DNA from: Dehalococcoidia bacterium
GTDB taxonomy: Bacteria > Chloroflexota > Dehalococcoidia > DSTF01 > RBG-16-68-14
Direction: 5' to 3'
Assembly (NCBI GenBank): GCA_040902195.1
Contig: JBBDXS010000014.1
Span: forward strand, 256,457 to 320,456
DNA: 64,000 nucleotides
The notes beneath the pieces are model-generated. The model ran no database searches. It had not been told where the DNA came from and saw only the letters and a program-made list of their open reading frames with translations. Positions 43,244 to 51,563 of the stretch are shown piece after piece. A program made the position numbers and the translations under genes. Every line of letters starts with the position of its first letter. Within the stretch, counting starts at the first letter, position 1.

Positions 43244-45633
43244 GTCTCGATGCGGATCGTGCCGTTGAGGTCCGTACGCAGGACCGGGACGCCGCGCAGG
43301 CGGTCGAGGACGACGGGCGAGGGATGGCCGAAGGTGTTGTTCGCGCCCACGGAGACGACGGCCAGCTCCGGCCGCACGGCCTCCAGGAACAACGGCGACG
43401 TGCTGCTCTGCGAGCCGTGGTGCGCCAGCTTGAGCACCGTGGCGCGGGCGTCCTCGCCCGAGGCCACGAGCGCGGTCTCGGCCGCCGCCTCCATATCCCC
43501 GGTGAGGAGGAAGCTCACGCCGCGCCACTCCAGCTTGAGCACGAGCGACGCGTCGTTGTCGTTCGCGGACGCGAGCGCGGCCGGGCGCGGCCCGAGCACG
43601 CGCAGTACCGCGCCATCGCCGAGATCGATCGCCTCATCGAGCGCGGGCTCGCGGTACGGGATGTCTTCGTCCGCGATGCGCGCCCGCCACTCGTCGTAGA
43701 GCGCGCTGTCGCCGTGCTCCGGCGACGCGATCACCGACCGCACGTCGTAGCGCTCCAGCGCGTCGAGCAGCCCAGCGACGTGGTCGGCCTGCGGGTGCGT
43801 GAGCGCGACGAGATCGAGGCGGCGGTCGAAGAACGGCAGCGCCTCGCTCAGCTCCGCGACGAGCGCGCGGCCGTCCGGCCCGCCGTCGATGAGCGCGCGA
43901 TGGCCGTCCGGCGTCTCGACCAGGATCGCATCGCCCTGGCCGACGTCGAGGATCGTGACGGAGAGCCGCCCGTCGTGCGCGGGCGCAAGCGCCGCCCACC
44001 AGACGAGCGTCGCGGCGACCGCGAGGCCGCCCATCGCAGCGTAGGCGGGACGAATCCTGAGCGGCGCGACGCGCTCGGAGCCATAGGCTGGGGAGCCGTA
44101 CCATCCAGGAGCAGCCGCAAGGGGCACAAGGCGCGCGCCGGCATAGTCGGGGGGCGCATACCGTGCGAAACGCCACGCGACGTAGCCGATCGCGGCGTAC
44201 GCGATCGCAGCGTGGCCTGCGCCGAAGCCATCGATGCGCAACGACGCGAGCGGGACGTCCGAGAAGAGGCGCGCCGCCTCGATGAGGTACGTCGTCGATG
44301 CCCACGCGGCCCAGCCCGGCGGTGTCGCGAGCGGCGTCCAGACCGCGCCGAGGACGGCCGTCAGCGCGGACGAGAACAAGATCAGCGCGAACGACGGCAC
44401 GGCGAACAAGTTCGCGACGGGCGCGACGAGCGACACGCGGCCGAAGTGCAGCGCGATCAGCGGCATCGTCGCGGCGGTTGCGCCGAGCGTGACGGCGCTG
44501 CTCTCGAGCACGGACGCGGCGAACCCCTCGGGCGCGACGCGAAGGCCGCGCAGGAGCGCGGCGCCTCGCTCTTGCAGGCCGGGCGTGAGGTAGACAAGCC
44601 CGAGTATCGACGAGAAGCTGAGCTGGAACGACACGTCGCGCACGACGCCGGGGTGCCACGCCGTCATGGCGGCGGCGGCGAGCGCGATGGACGTGGACGC
44701 GCTCGATGGGCGGCCGAGCATCGTCGCGACGACGAAGAGCCCTCCCATGATCGCCGCGCGCACGACGCTGGGCGAGGCGCCGGAAAGCGCGGTGTACGCC
44801 GCGATCGCGACGAGCGCGACCAGCGCGGCGCGCCGCCGCCCGATCAGCCACGCCAGCCCCGCGATCACGAAGCCGGCGACGAGGCTGACGTTCTGCCCGG
44901 AGATCGCGACGAGATGCGACGTGCCCGTCGCGTTCATGTCCGCTGTGAGACCGGCGGGGATCGCGGAGCGCTGGCCGAGCAGGATGCCCTGCGCGAGCGC
45001 GGCCTGCGGCTCGGGCAGCGCTTGCTCGAGCGCGCCGCTGAGCTCTCGTCGCGCGTCGAACAGCACTTCGAGCGCGGGGTTGCCCTCGCTCCGCGCGACC
45101 GTGCGCGCGCGGGGGTAATCGATGAGCGAGGCGACGCCGCGCTGCGCGAGGTAGTCGCGGTAGTCGAACTCGGGCGAGGACGGAGGCGTCTCCAGCTCGC
45201 CGTCGATCTCGAGCATGTCGCCGTAGCGATAGCGCGGCACGATCGAGGCGCGCATGAGCACGCCGCCGGACGAATCGCGCCAGACGCCATCGACCTCGAT
45301 CTCGCGCACGGCGAGCCGGACGCGTTGCGTACGGCCGCGCACCTCCGGCTCGTCCGAGACGAGCGCGCGGAAACGCACGGCGCCGGCGTTGTTGTAGACA
45401 GCGACGCCCGTGGGCGGGCCATCGGTGCGCGCCGCTTCGTATCGCATGCCCGCGCCCAGGAAGAGCACCGACGCGGCGAGCCCGAGCAAGAGCAGTCGTG
45501 GTGAGCGGCGCACCTTCGCCGCGACGAGCGTCGCGCTGACGATCGCGACGGCGCACGGCCAGACCAACGCGCCATCGAACGCAGCAAGGACGATGCCCAG
45601 CAGCCAGGCGCCGGCCAGGTAGACGAGCGTCAC
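43207..45633 (-). CDS. comEC: DNA internalisation competence protein ComEC/Rec2 (with C-terminal MBL domain)
   Basis: DUF4131-like N-terminus, a competence membrane domain (TGTSHLVAISGQNV), and a C-terminal MBL domain (LDVGQGDA...LTHPQADHVAG). Confidence 0.9.
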   Translation of the reverse strand: MTLVYLAGAWLLGIVLAAFDGALVWPCAVAIVSATLVAAKVRRSPRLLLLGLAASVLFLGAGMRYEAARTDGPPTGVAVYNNAGAVRFRALVSDEPEVRGRTQRVRLAVREIEVDGVWRDSSGGVLMRASIVPRYRYGDMLEIDGELETPPSSPEFDYRDYLAQRGVASLIDYPRARTVARSEGNPALEVLFDARRELSGALEQALPEPQAALAQGILLGQRSAIPAGLTADMNATGTSHLVAISGQNVSLVAGFVIAGLAWLIGRRRAALVALVAIAAYTALSGASPSVVRAAIMGGLFVVATMLGRPSSASTSIALAAAAMTAWHPGVVRDVSFQLSFSSILGLVYLTPGLQERGAALLRGLRVAPEGFAASVLESSAVTLGATAATMPLIALHFGRVSLVAPVANLFAVPSFALILFSSALTAVLGAVWTPLATPPGWAAWASTTYLIEAARLFSDVPLASLRIDGFGAGHAAIAYAAIGYVAWRFARYAPPDYAGARLVPLAAAPGWYGSPAYGSERVAPLRIRPAYAAMGGLAVAATLVWWAALAPAHDGRLSVTILDVGQGDAILVETPDGHRALIDGGPDGRALVAELSEALPFFDRRLDLVALTHPQADHVAGLLDALERYDVRSVIASPEHGDSALYDEWRARIADEDIPYREPALDEAIDLGDGAVLRVLGPRPAALASANDNDASLVLKLEWRGVSFLLTGDMEAAAETALVASGEDARATVLKLAHHGSQSSTSPLFLEAVRPELAVVSVGANNTFGHPSPVVLDRLRGVPVLRTDLNGTIRIETDGTRLWVHTER

Positions 45634-46196
45634 GGCCCGACGGTGATCAGCTCGTAGATCTTCTCGAACGTCGCGCGCGGGACGAGATCGCGCGTCAGCA
45701 GGTCCTCGAGGGTCTGGAACGGCCCGACGGCGTCGCGGCTCTCCACGATGCGCGCGCTATAGACCTCGCCGATGCCCGGCAGCGCGTCGAGCTCCGCGGC
45801 GGTGGCCGTATTGATATTGACGACACCGGCCGAGGCTGCGCCCGTCGTCCCGGTTATCGCTGACGTCTCGCCCAGGCGCGGGACGGCGACCTGGTCTTCG
45901 TCATGGAGGCGCTCGGCGAGATTGATCGCCTCGATGTCAGCGTCCGGGGCCTGGCCGCCGGCCTGATTCAGGGCGTCGACGACGCGGGCTCCGCCGCTGA
46001 GCTGGTAGACGCCGGGGTTCGTGACGGCGCCCGTAACGTAAACCTCGATGGGCTGGCCGGCGTCCGAACCGGCCGCGACGATCTCGAGGGGCGGAGGGCC
46101 GTCGTTGCGCTCCGCGACGAAAAACGCAGCGCCCGCCGCGAAGACGGACGCCAGCGCGACAAAGATAACGGCTCGATAGGGGTCCAGGGCATCCAT
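45630..46196 (-). CDS. comEA: ComEA family DNA-binding protein (SLBB plus helix-hairpin-helix)
   Basis: VYVTGAVTNPGVYQL and NINTATAAELDALPGIG...GPF. Coupled by 4 nt to comEC. Confidence 0.85.
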   Translation of the reverse strand: MDALDPYRAVIFVALASVFAAGAAFFVAERNDGPPPLEIVAAGSDAGQPIEVYVTGAVTNPGVYQLSGGARVVDALNQAGGQAPDADIEAINLAERLHDEDQVAVPRLGETSAITGTTGAASAGVVNINTATAAELDALPGIGEVYSARIVESRDAVGPFQTLEDLLTRDLVPRATFEKIYELITVGP

Positions 46197-46371
46197 GCCC
46201 GCCTCCGGCCTTATACAAGAAGGGGTCTACAAGCCCTTGCCACCAGGGACGTGCGCATACTGTGCGGAAAATCAACACCGATGTCAACCCCCGCGCTACG
46301 GAAGGCCGCGCCTAACGCCAGCGGGCGAGGCCGGTTGGCCTCGCCCGCTGCGCTCGTATCCTTCGTTTGTG

Positions 46372-47484
46372 TTAGCGCGCGGGGGCGGCTTGCGGGACGG
46401 CGAAGCCGACGCGTGGGAGCGCGGCGCGCAGGACATCGAGCGTCAGGGTGATGTCGTCGTCCGTGACCCAGCCCAGGTGGCCGATGCGGAAGATCTTGCC
46501 CGCGAGAACCCCCTGCCCGCCTTCGATCAGCGTGTCGTACTCGTCCTGGAGGAGCTTGTAGAGCTTCGGCCACTCGACGCCCTCCGGCACGCGCACGGCG
46601 GTCACGGTGTTCGAGGCGTAGCGTTCGTCCGCGAGCAGCTCGAGGCCGAGCGCCTTCACGCCGTTGCGCGTCATGCCGGCGATGCGCTGGTGTCGCGCGA
46701 CAATGCCATCCACTCCCTCCGCAACGAGCGTCTTCAGCGCAACGTCAAGCGCGAAGAAGATCGAGATGGCTGGCGTCCACGGCGTCTGGCCTTTCGCGAG
46801 GAACTCCCGCGCCTTGCCGAGATCGAAGTAGAAGCGCGGCATCTTGGCCTGCTCGTACGCCTTCCAGCCACGGTCGCTAACGGAGACCATCGCGAGGCCC
46901 GGCGGCACCATCCACCCCTTCTGCGAACCCGTCGCGACGACATCGAGGTCCCATTCGTCTACGCGGCAGCGGATCGAACCGAGGCTGCTGATCGCGTCGA
47001 CGAGCAGGAGGATGTCGGGGCGAACGCGTCGCACCGCCTTCGCGATGGCCTCGAGGTCGTTCGTGATGCCGGTTGACGTCTCGTTATGCGTGACGCAGAC
47101 GGCCTTGTAGGAGCCGTCCTCCTCGAGCGCGCGCGCGACGGTTTCGGGGTCGGCGGCGGTGCCCCACGCGAAATCGATCTTCGTCACGCCGGCGCCGTAG
47201 GTCTTCGCGATTGTCGCGAAGCGGTCGCCGAAGTTGCCGATGGAGACGACGAGCACGCGGTCGCCGGGCGAGAGCGTATTCACAACCATCGCCTCGAGCG
47301 CGCCGGTGCCGGAGCATGAGAGACAATAGACGTCGTTCTTCGTCTCGAAGACCAGCTTGAGGCCGTCGGTGACGCGGCCGATGATCTCGGCGAAGGCGGG
47401 GCTGCGGTGGTGGATCATCTGGCGGCCCATCGCCTCCAGGACGTCGTCCGGGCACGGCGTGGGGCCGGGGCTACGTAGGTTCAC
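46372..47484 (-). CDS. Class-V PLP aminotransferase (serine-glyoxylate/alanine-glyoxylate or phosphoserine aminotransferase-like)
   Basis: PGPTPCPDDVLEAM...HRSPAF...SGTGALEA...ATGSQKGWM (PLP-Lys). GTG 47484 is preceded by AAGGAG. Confidence 0.85.
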   Translation of the reverse strand: MNLRSPGPTPCPDDVLEAMGRQMIHHRSPAFAEIIGRVTDGLKLVFETKNDVYCLSCSGTGALEAMVVNTLSPGDRVLVVSIGNFGDRFATIAKTYGAGVTKIDFAWGTAADPETVARALEEDGSYKAVCVTHNETSTGITNDLEAIAKAVRRVRPDILLLVDAISSLGSIRCRVDEWDLDVVATGSQKGWMVPPGLAMVSVSDRGWKAYEQAKMPRFYFDLGKAREFLAKGQTPWTPAISIFFALDVALKTLVAEGVDGIVARHQRIAGMTRNGVKALGLELLADERYASNTVTAVRVPEGVEWPKLYKLLQDEYDTLIEGGQGVLAGKIFRIGHLGWVTDDDITLTLDVLRAALPRVGFAVPQAAPAR

Positions 47485-47525
47485 AGATCGACTCCTTGTC
47501 CGCGGGGGTGATGTTCGCAGGTTAC

Positions 47526-47550
47526 AAGGAACGTGGAACGTGGGACAAGG
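47526..47550 (+). repeat. Short heptad repeat AAGGAAC GTGGAAC GTGGGAC AAGG
   Basis: Lies in the divergent region between the aminotransferase gene and selA. Confidence 0.6.
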
Positions 47551-47596
47551 CGCCGGCGGACCCGGCGGGGGCGCTGGTACAGGTACAATATGTCGC

Positions 47597-48970
47597 ATGA
47601 ACGCCTCGAATCCGTATCGAGAGCTCCCTTCCGTCGACCGCGTGCTGGCGGACGAGCGCGTGCGCGCCCTCTCGGCCGAGTACTCCGGCGACGCCGTGGT
47701 AGCGCTCGTCCGCGAGGAGCTCGCGTCCGCGCGAAAGACGATCGCGCGCGGCGGCGACGCGCCGGCGCTCGACCGCATCGTTGCTGCGATCGGCGCGCGA
47801 GCGCGCACAGCGCTCTCGGTCTCGCTGCGGCCGGTGATCAACGCGACGGGCGTGATCATCCACACCAACCTTGGGCGCGCGCCGCTCTCGGACGAGGCGA
47901 TCGCGGCGATGAGCGAAGCGGCCCGTGGCTACTCCAACCTGGAGTTCGATCTCGGTGGCGGCACGCGCGGGTCGCGCTACATACATCTCGAAGAGCAGCT
48001 CCGGCGGCTGACCGGAGCGGAGGCGGCGATGGCCGTGAATAACAACGCCTCGGCGGTGCTGCTCGCGCTGTCGGCGCTCTGCGGAGGACGCGAGGTCGTG
48101 ATCTCGCGCGGCCAGCTCGTCGAGATCGGCGGCGGCTTTCGCATCCCGGACGTGATGGCCCAGAGCGGCGCGCGGCTGGTCGAGGTGGGCACGACAAACC
48201 GCACGTACCTGCGCGACTACGAGAACGCCATCGGCGAGGAGACGGCGGCGCTCATGCGCGTACACACGAGCAACTACACGGTCACCGGCTTCACGAAATC
48301 GGTAGCGCTCGACGAGCTAGCCCGGCTCGCGCACGAACGCGGCCTGCTGCTGATCGATGACCTCGGGAGCGGCTGCCTGCTCGATACGACCGCGTACGGC
48401 CTCGAACGCGAGCCGGCGCCGCAGGAGAGCATCGCGGCGGGCGCGGACCTCGCGTTGTTCTCCGGCGACAAGCTGCTCGGCGGGCCGCAGGCGGGCTGCA
48501 TCGTCGGCCGCCGCGACGCCATCGATACGCTACGACGGCATCCGCTGGCGCGGGCGCTGCGGATGGACAAAGCGAGCATCGCCGGGCTGGCAGCGACGCT
48601 GGACCACTACCTGAAGGACGAGGCGATCGAGAAGATCCCCGTCTGGCGCATGATCGCGATGCCGCTCGACGCCATCGCGCGGCGCGCGCGGCGCTGGGCG
48701 CGCGCGGCCGGCGGCGGCGTGTCGGTCATCGATGGCCTGTCGATGATCGGAGGCGGCTCGCTGCCGGAGGAAGGCCTCGCGACGAAGCTCGTTGCGATCG
48801 CGCCGGCGGCCCGTCGTTCGGCCGACACGTTCGCGCGGCGGCTGCGCGAGTACGACACGCCCGTCATCGCGCGCATCGAACGCGACGCCGTGCTGCTCGA
48901 TCCGCGCACCGTGCATCCGCGCGAAGACAAGACGGTCATCGAGGCGCTGAAGACGGCCATGGCGCAGTAG
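47597..48970 (+). CDS. selA: L-seryl-tRNA(Sec) selenium transferase (selenocysteine synthase)
   Basis: LPSVDRVL...LRPVINATGVIIHTNLGRAPL...YSNLEFDL..G.RGSR...NNNASAVLL...SRGQLVEIGGGFRIPDVM...FSGDKLLGGPQAG. Confidence 0.9.
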   Translation: MNASNPYRELPSVDRVLADERVRALSAEYSGDAVVALVREELASARKTIARGGDAPALDRIVAAIGARARTALSVSLRPVINATGVIIHTNLGRAPLSDEAIAAMSEAARGYSNLEFDLGGGTRGSRYIHLEEQLRRLTGAEAAMAVNNNASAVLLALSALCGGREVVISRGQLVEIGGGFRIPDVMAQSGARLVEVGTTNRTYLRDYENAIGEETAALMRVHTSNYTVTGFTKSVALDELARLAHERGLLLIDDLGSGCLLDTTAYGLEREPAPQESIAAGADLALFSGDKLLGGPQAGCIVGRRDAIDTLRRHPLARALRMDKASIAGLAATLDHYLKDEAIEKIPVWRMIAMPLDAIARRARRWARAAGGGVSVIDGLSMIGGGSLPEEGLATKLVAIAPAARRSADTFARRLREYDTPVIARIERDAVLLDPRTVHPREDKTVIEALKTAMAQ

Positions 48971-49018
48971 TACTCCTCCATCACTGAACGCTTGGGCAAC
49001 TAGGGAGGAGCGCCATCC

Positions 49019-49546
49019 GTGCAACGCGCCATCTATCTCATCTCCGGCCTGCCGGGAGCGGGTAAGAGCTCAGTTTCGTACCTCTTGGCGAAGCGCCTCG
49101 AGCGCGGCGTGCACATCGAGGCCGACCTGGTGCAGCAGATGATCGTGGCCGGCAGCGTATGGCCGGAGTGGGAGCCGCGCGAGGAGGCGATGCGACAGTT
49201 CGAACTGCGGCGGCGCAACGTGAGCATGCTTGCTGACTCTTTCTTCGATGCGGAGTTCACGCCCGTGATCGATGACATCGTGATCGGGTCGCACATAGAT
49301 GAGTATGTGTCCGGCTTGCGGGGCCGCCCGCTGCTGTTCGTGATGCTCGTGCCGCGGCCGGACGTCGTGCGCGCGAGAGAGATGGCGCGAGAGAAGTACG
49401 TGTTCGACAAGTGGGCGCATCTCGACGATGCGATACGGCGCGAGACGCCGCGCGCCGGATGGCTGCTCGATTCGTCCGACATGACTACGGAGGAGACGGT
49501 CGACGCGATCCTGCGCGAAGGTGGGGAGCGCGGGCGGATCGAATAG
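49019..49546 (+). CDS. P-loop kinase/ATPase (AAA_33-like small-molecule kinase fold)
   Basis: Walker A GLPGAGKSS in a ~175-aa protein. GGGAGGAG lies upstream of GTG 49019. Confidence 0.6.
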   Translation: MQRAIYLISGLPGAGKSSVSYLLAKRLERGVHIEADLVQQMIVAGSVWPEWEPREEAMRQFELRRRNVSMLADSFFDAEFTPVIDDIVIGSHIDEYVSGLRGRPLLFVMLVPRPDVVRAREMAREKYVFDKWAHLDDAIRRETPRAGWLLDSSDMTTEETVDAILREGGERGRIE

Positions 49547-49555
49547 GCTACCACT

Positions 49556-50242
49556 ATGCCCATCGCGTACGCGTGTATCATCCCACCCTCCCCTATCGCG
49601 GCCGCGCGCGTGAGCGACGCGACGGACCTCGTTCTGCAGGAGCTGGCGTCGCAGGGCGCGGAGTGCGCACTCGTGATCGTGGCGGCCACAGGGCGAGGAG
49701 TGTCGATCGGCGTGGGCGCCGAGAGCAACGACGATCTCGCGCGCGAGATCGTCGCGGAGGCAAAGGCCGCCACGCTGCCGGTCGATTGGGCCCCGCGCGC
49801 GACCGTTCCCGAGCCGCTGGCCGGCGCGCTCGGCGGCGCGCGGCTCGTGACGGTGCAGACGTCGTCGCTGAGCGCGCGCGAGCACTTCGAATTCGGTCGA
49901 GCGGTCTCGCGCGCGCTGGAACGCTACGAACCGAAGGTGGCGATCGTGTGCATCGCGCGGCTTTCGACCGCGCTCGGGCCGGGAGAGCCGGGCCGCACGT
50001 TCGACGCGCGGTACCAGCGCGCGATCGAGGACTGGGATGTGAAATGGCTGGCCGCGCTCGATTGGAATGCGCGACGCCGGGTGGGAGAGGACGCCGTCGC
50101 GCAGACCGCGGTGCTGATGGGCGCGCTCGCCGGCTCGCGGATCGAGCGGCGCGTGCTGGCGTACGAGGAGTCGGAGGGCGCAGGCGCGGTCGTCGCGGCG
50201 ATCGACGTGCTCGGGCCGCGACGGAAGGCGCGCGACGTATAA
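49556..50242 (+). CDS. Hypothetical protein (weak resemblance to LigB/Memo-type fold, catalytic His not evident)
   Basis: Coding-like composition and tight spacing to the upstream gene. No confident family assignment. Confidence 0.4.
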   Translation: MPIAYACIIPPSPIAAARVSDATDLVLQELASQGAECALVIVAATGRGVSIGVGAESNDDLAREIVAEAKAATLPVDWAPRATVPEPLAGALGGARLVTVQTSSLSAREHFEFGRAVSRALERYEPKVAIVCIARLSTALGPGEPGRTFDARYQRAIEDWDVKWLAALDWNARRRVGEDAVAQTAVLMGALAGSRIERRVLAYEESEGAGAVVAAIDVLGPRRKARDV

Positions 50243-50263
50243 TGGTGGTACACCAAGACGATA

Positions 50264-50359
50264 GGCTTTTCTTCCCACCCGCCCACCCGAGAAAGTTGTT
50301 TGAACTGGGGGACACCCCCAGACCCCCGGCAGAGGGGCTCCGCCCCTCTGCACTCCCCG
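50264..50359 (+). repeat. Dispersed repeat family C, copy 2
   Basis: Aligns with 22980-23078. The hairpin CAGAGGGG-CTCCG-CCCCTCTG keeps the stem with a different loop. Confidence 0.85.
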
Positions 50360-50403
50360 TACTCATCTGGACACCGGAGCGTTTGCGAGCTAGTGTAAGG
50401 GCC

Positions 50404-50625
50404 ATGAAATATGCGGTCGTGCTGAGCCGGGATGATGAAGGCCACTGGCTTGCCTCTGTGCCAGCGTTCCCGGGCTGCCACACCTACGGCTCTACACGTG
50501 ACGAGGCGCTAGCGAACGCACGCGAGGCCGTCGAAGGCTGCATCGAGAGCCTGCGCGAATCCGGCGATCCTATTCCAGAAGAAACGTCCCCTCCGGAGAT
50601 CGAGTTCGTCCAGGCCGCCCTCTAG
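50404..50625 (+). CDS. HicB-like (UPF0150) antitoxin-fold protein, no adjacent HicA
   Basis: YAVVLSRDDEGHWLASVPAFPGCHTYGSTRDEALANAREAVEGCIESL. Confidence 0.65.
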   Translation: MKYAVVLSRDDEGHWLASVPAFPGCHTYGSTRDEALANAREAVEGCIESLRESGDPIPEETSPPEIEFVQAAL

Positions 50626-51482
50626 TGCCCGACGTCTGGAACCATCGGTTCGCGAAGGTGAACGGCGTGAAGCTGCACTACGTGCGGCAGGGCTCCGGCA
50701 AGCCCGTCGTGCTGGTGCACGGATGGCCCGGCTTCTGGTTCGAGTGGAACAAGAACATTCCGGGGCTGGCCGAGCACTTCGACGTCATCGTGCCCGACAT
50801 GCGCGGCTTTGCGTTCTCGGACAAGCCCGACCTGTCGCCCGAAGAAGGCTACACCGACCTCGTCATGGCGAACGACCTCGCAGCGCTGGTGCGCGAGCTG
50901 GGCTTTGAGCGCGTGAGCGTCGTCGCGCACGACTTCGGCGCTGCGTGGGCGCAGCGTTTCGCGCGCGAACACCCGTCGTTGCTCGACAAGCTCGTCTTGT
51001 TCAACCCGCCCTACCCTGGCATCGGCGGGCGCTGGTTCGGGATGCCGCAGGTCTTCGAGAGCTGGTACATGATCTTCCACCAGCAGCCGTGGGCGGAGGA
51101 CATCGTCGGCGCGACGCACGCGACGACCGAGACGTACCTGCGCCACTTCCTGCGCCACTGGTCGCACGACGAGGACATCTTCACGGACGAGGAGGTCGCG
51201 GAGTACGTCGAGGCGTACTCGCAGCCGGGCGCGGTCCGCGGCGGCTTCAACTGCTATCGCGCGGCGCTGCGCGGGGCAGCAACAGCAAACAATACGCCGA
51301 TCCAAGCCCCAACGAAGATTCTCTGGAGCGATCGCGACCCGATCCTGCCGTTCGAGTGGAGCGACAAGCTCTCGGAGTTTTTCTCGAATCACACGCTGAC
51401 GAAAATCGAAGGCTGCGGGCACTTCATGGCGCGCGAGGCGCCGGAGCGGATCAACCGCGAGATCATCGAGTTCCTCTCGTAG
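50625..51482 (+). CDS. Alpha/beta hydrolase (epoxide hydrolase / haloalkane dehalogenase-like)
   Basis: HGWPGFWFEW, nucleophile elbow VAHDFGA, and distal GCGHFMARE. Confidence 0.85.
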   Translation: MPDVWNHRFAKVNGVKLHYVRQGSGKPVVLVHGWPGFWFEWNKNIPGLAEHFDVIVPDMRGFAFSDKPDLSPEEGYTDLVMANDLAALVRELGFERVSVVAHDFGAAWAQRFAREHPSLLDKLVLFNPPYPGIGGRWFGMPQVFESWYMIFHQQPWAEDIVGATHATTETYLRHFLRHWSHDEDIFTDEEVAEYVEAYSQPGAVRGGFNCYRAALRGAATANNTPIQAPTKILWSDRDPILPFEWSDKLSEFFSNHTLTKIEGCGHFMAREAPERINREIIEFLS

Positions 51483-51509
51483 GGGAGGCCGCCGGCGTTG
51501 GTTTCCGTT

Positions 51510-51538
51510 GTAGGGGCGGGTTGCAAACCCGCCCCTAC
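51510..51538. repeat. Palindromic REP-like hairpin GTAGGGGCGGGTT-GCA-AACCCGCCCCTAC (extends to GTTGTAGGGG.../...CCCCTACAAC)
   Basis: Double-headed GTAGGGG palindrome, 25 nt upstream of mutS2. Confidence 0.85.
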
Positions 51539-51563
51539 AACCTCCCCTGCTACAATCGTTCCC

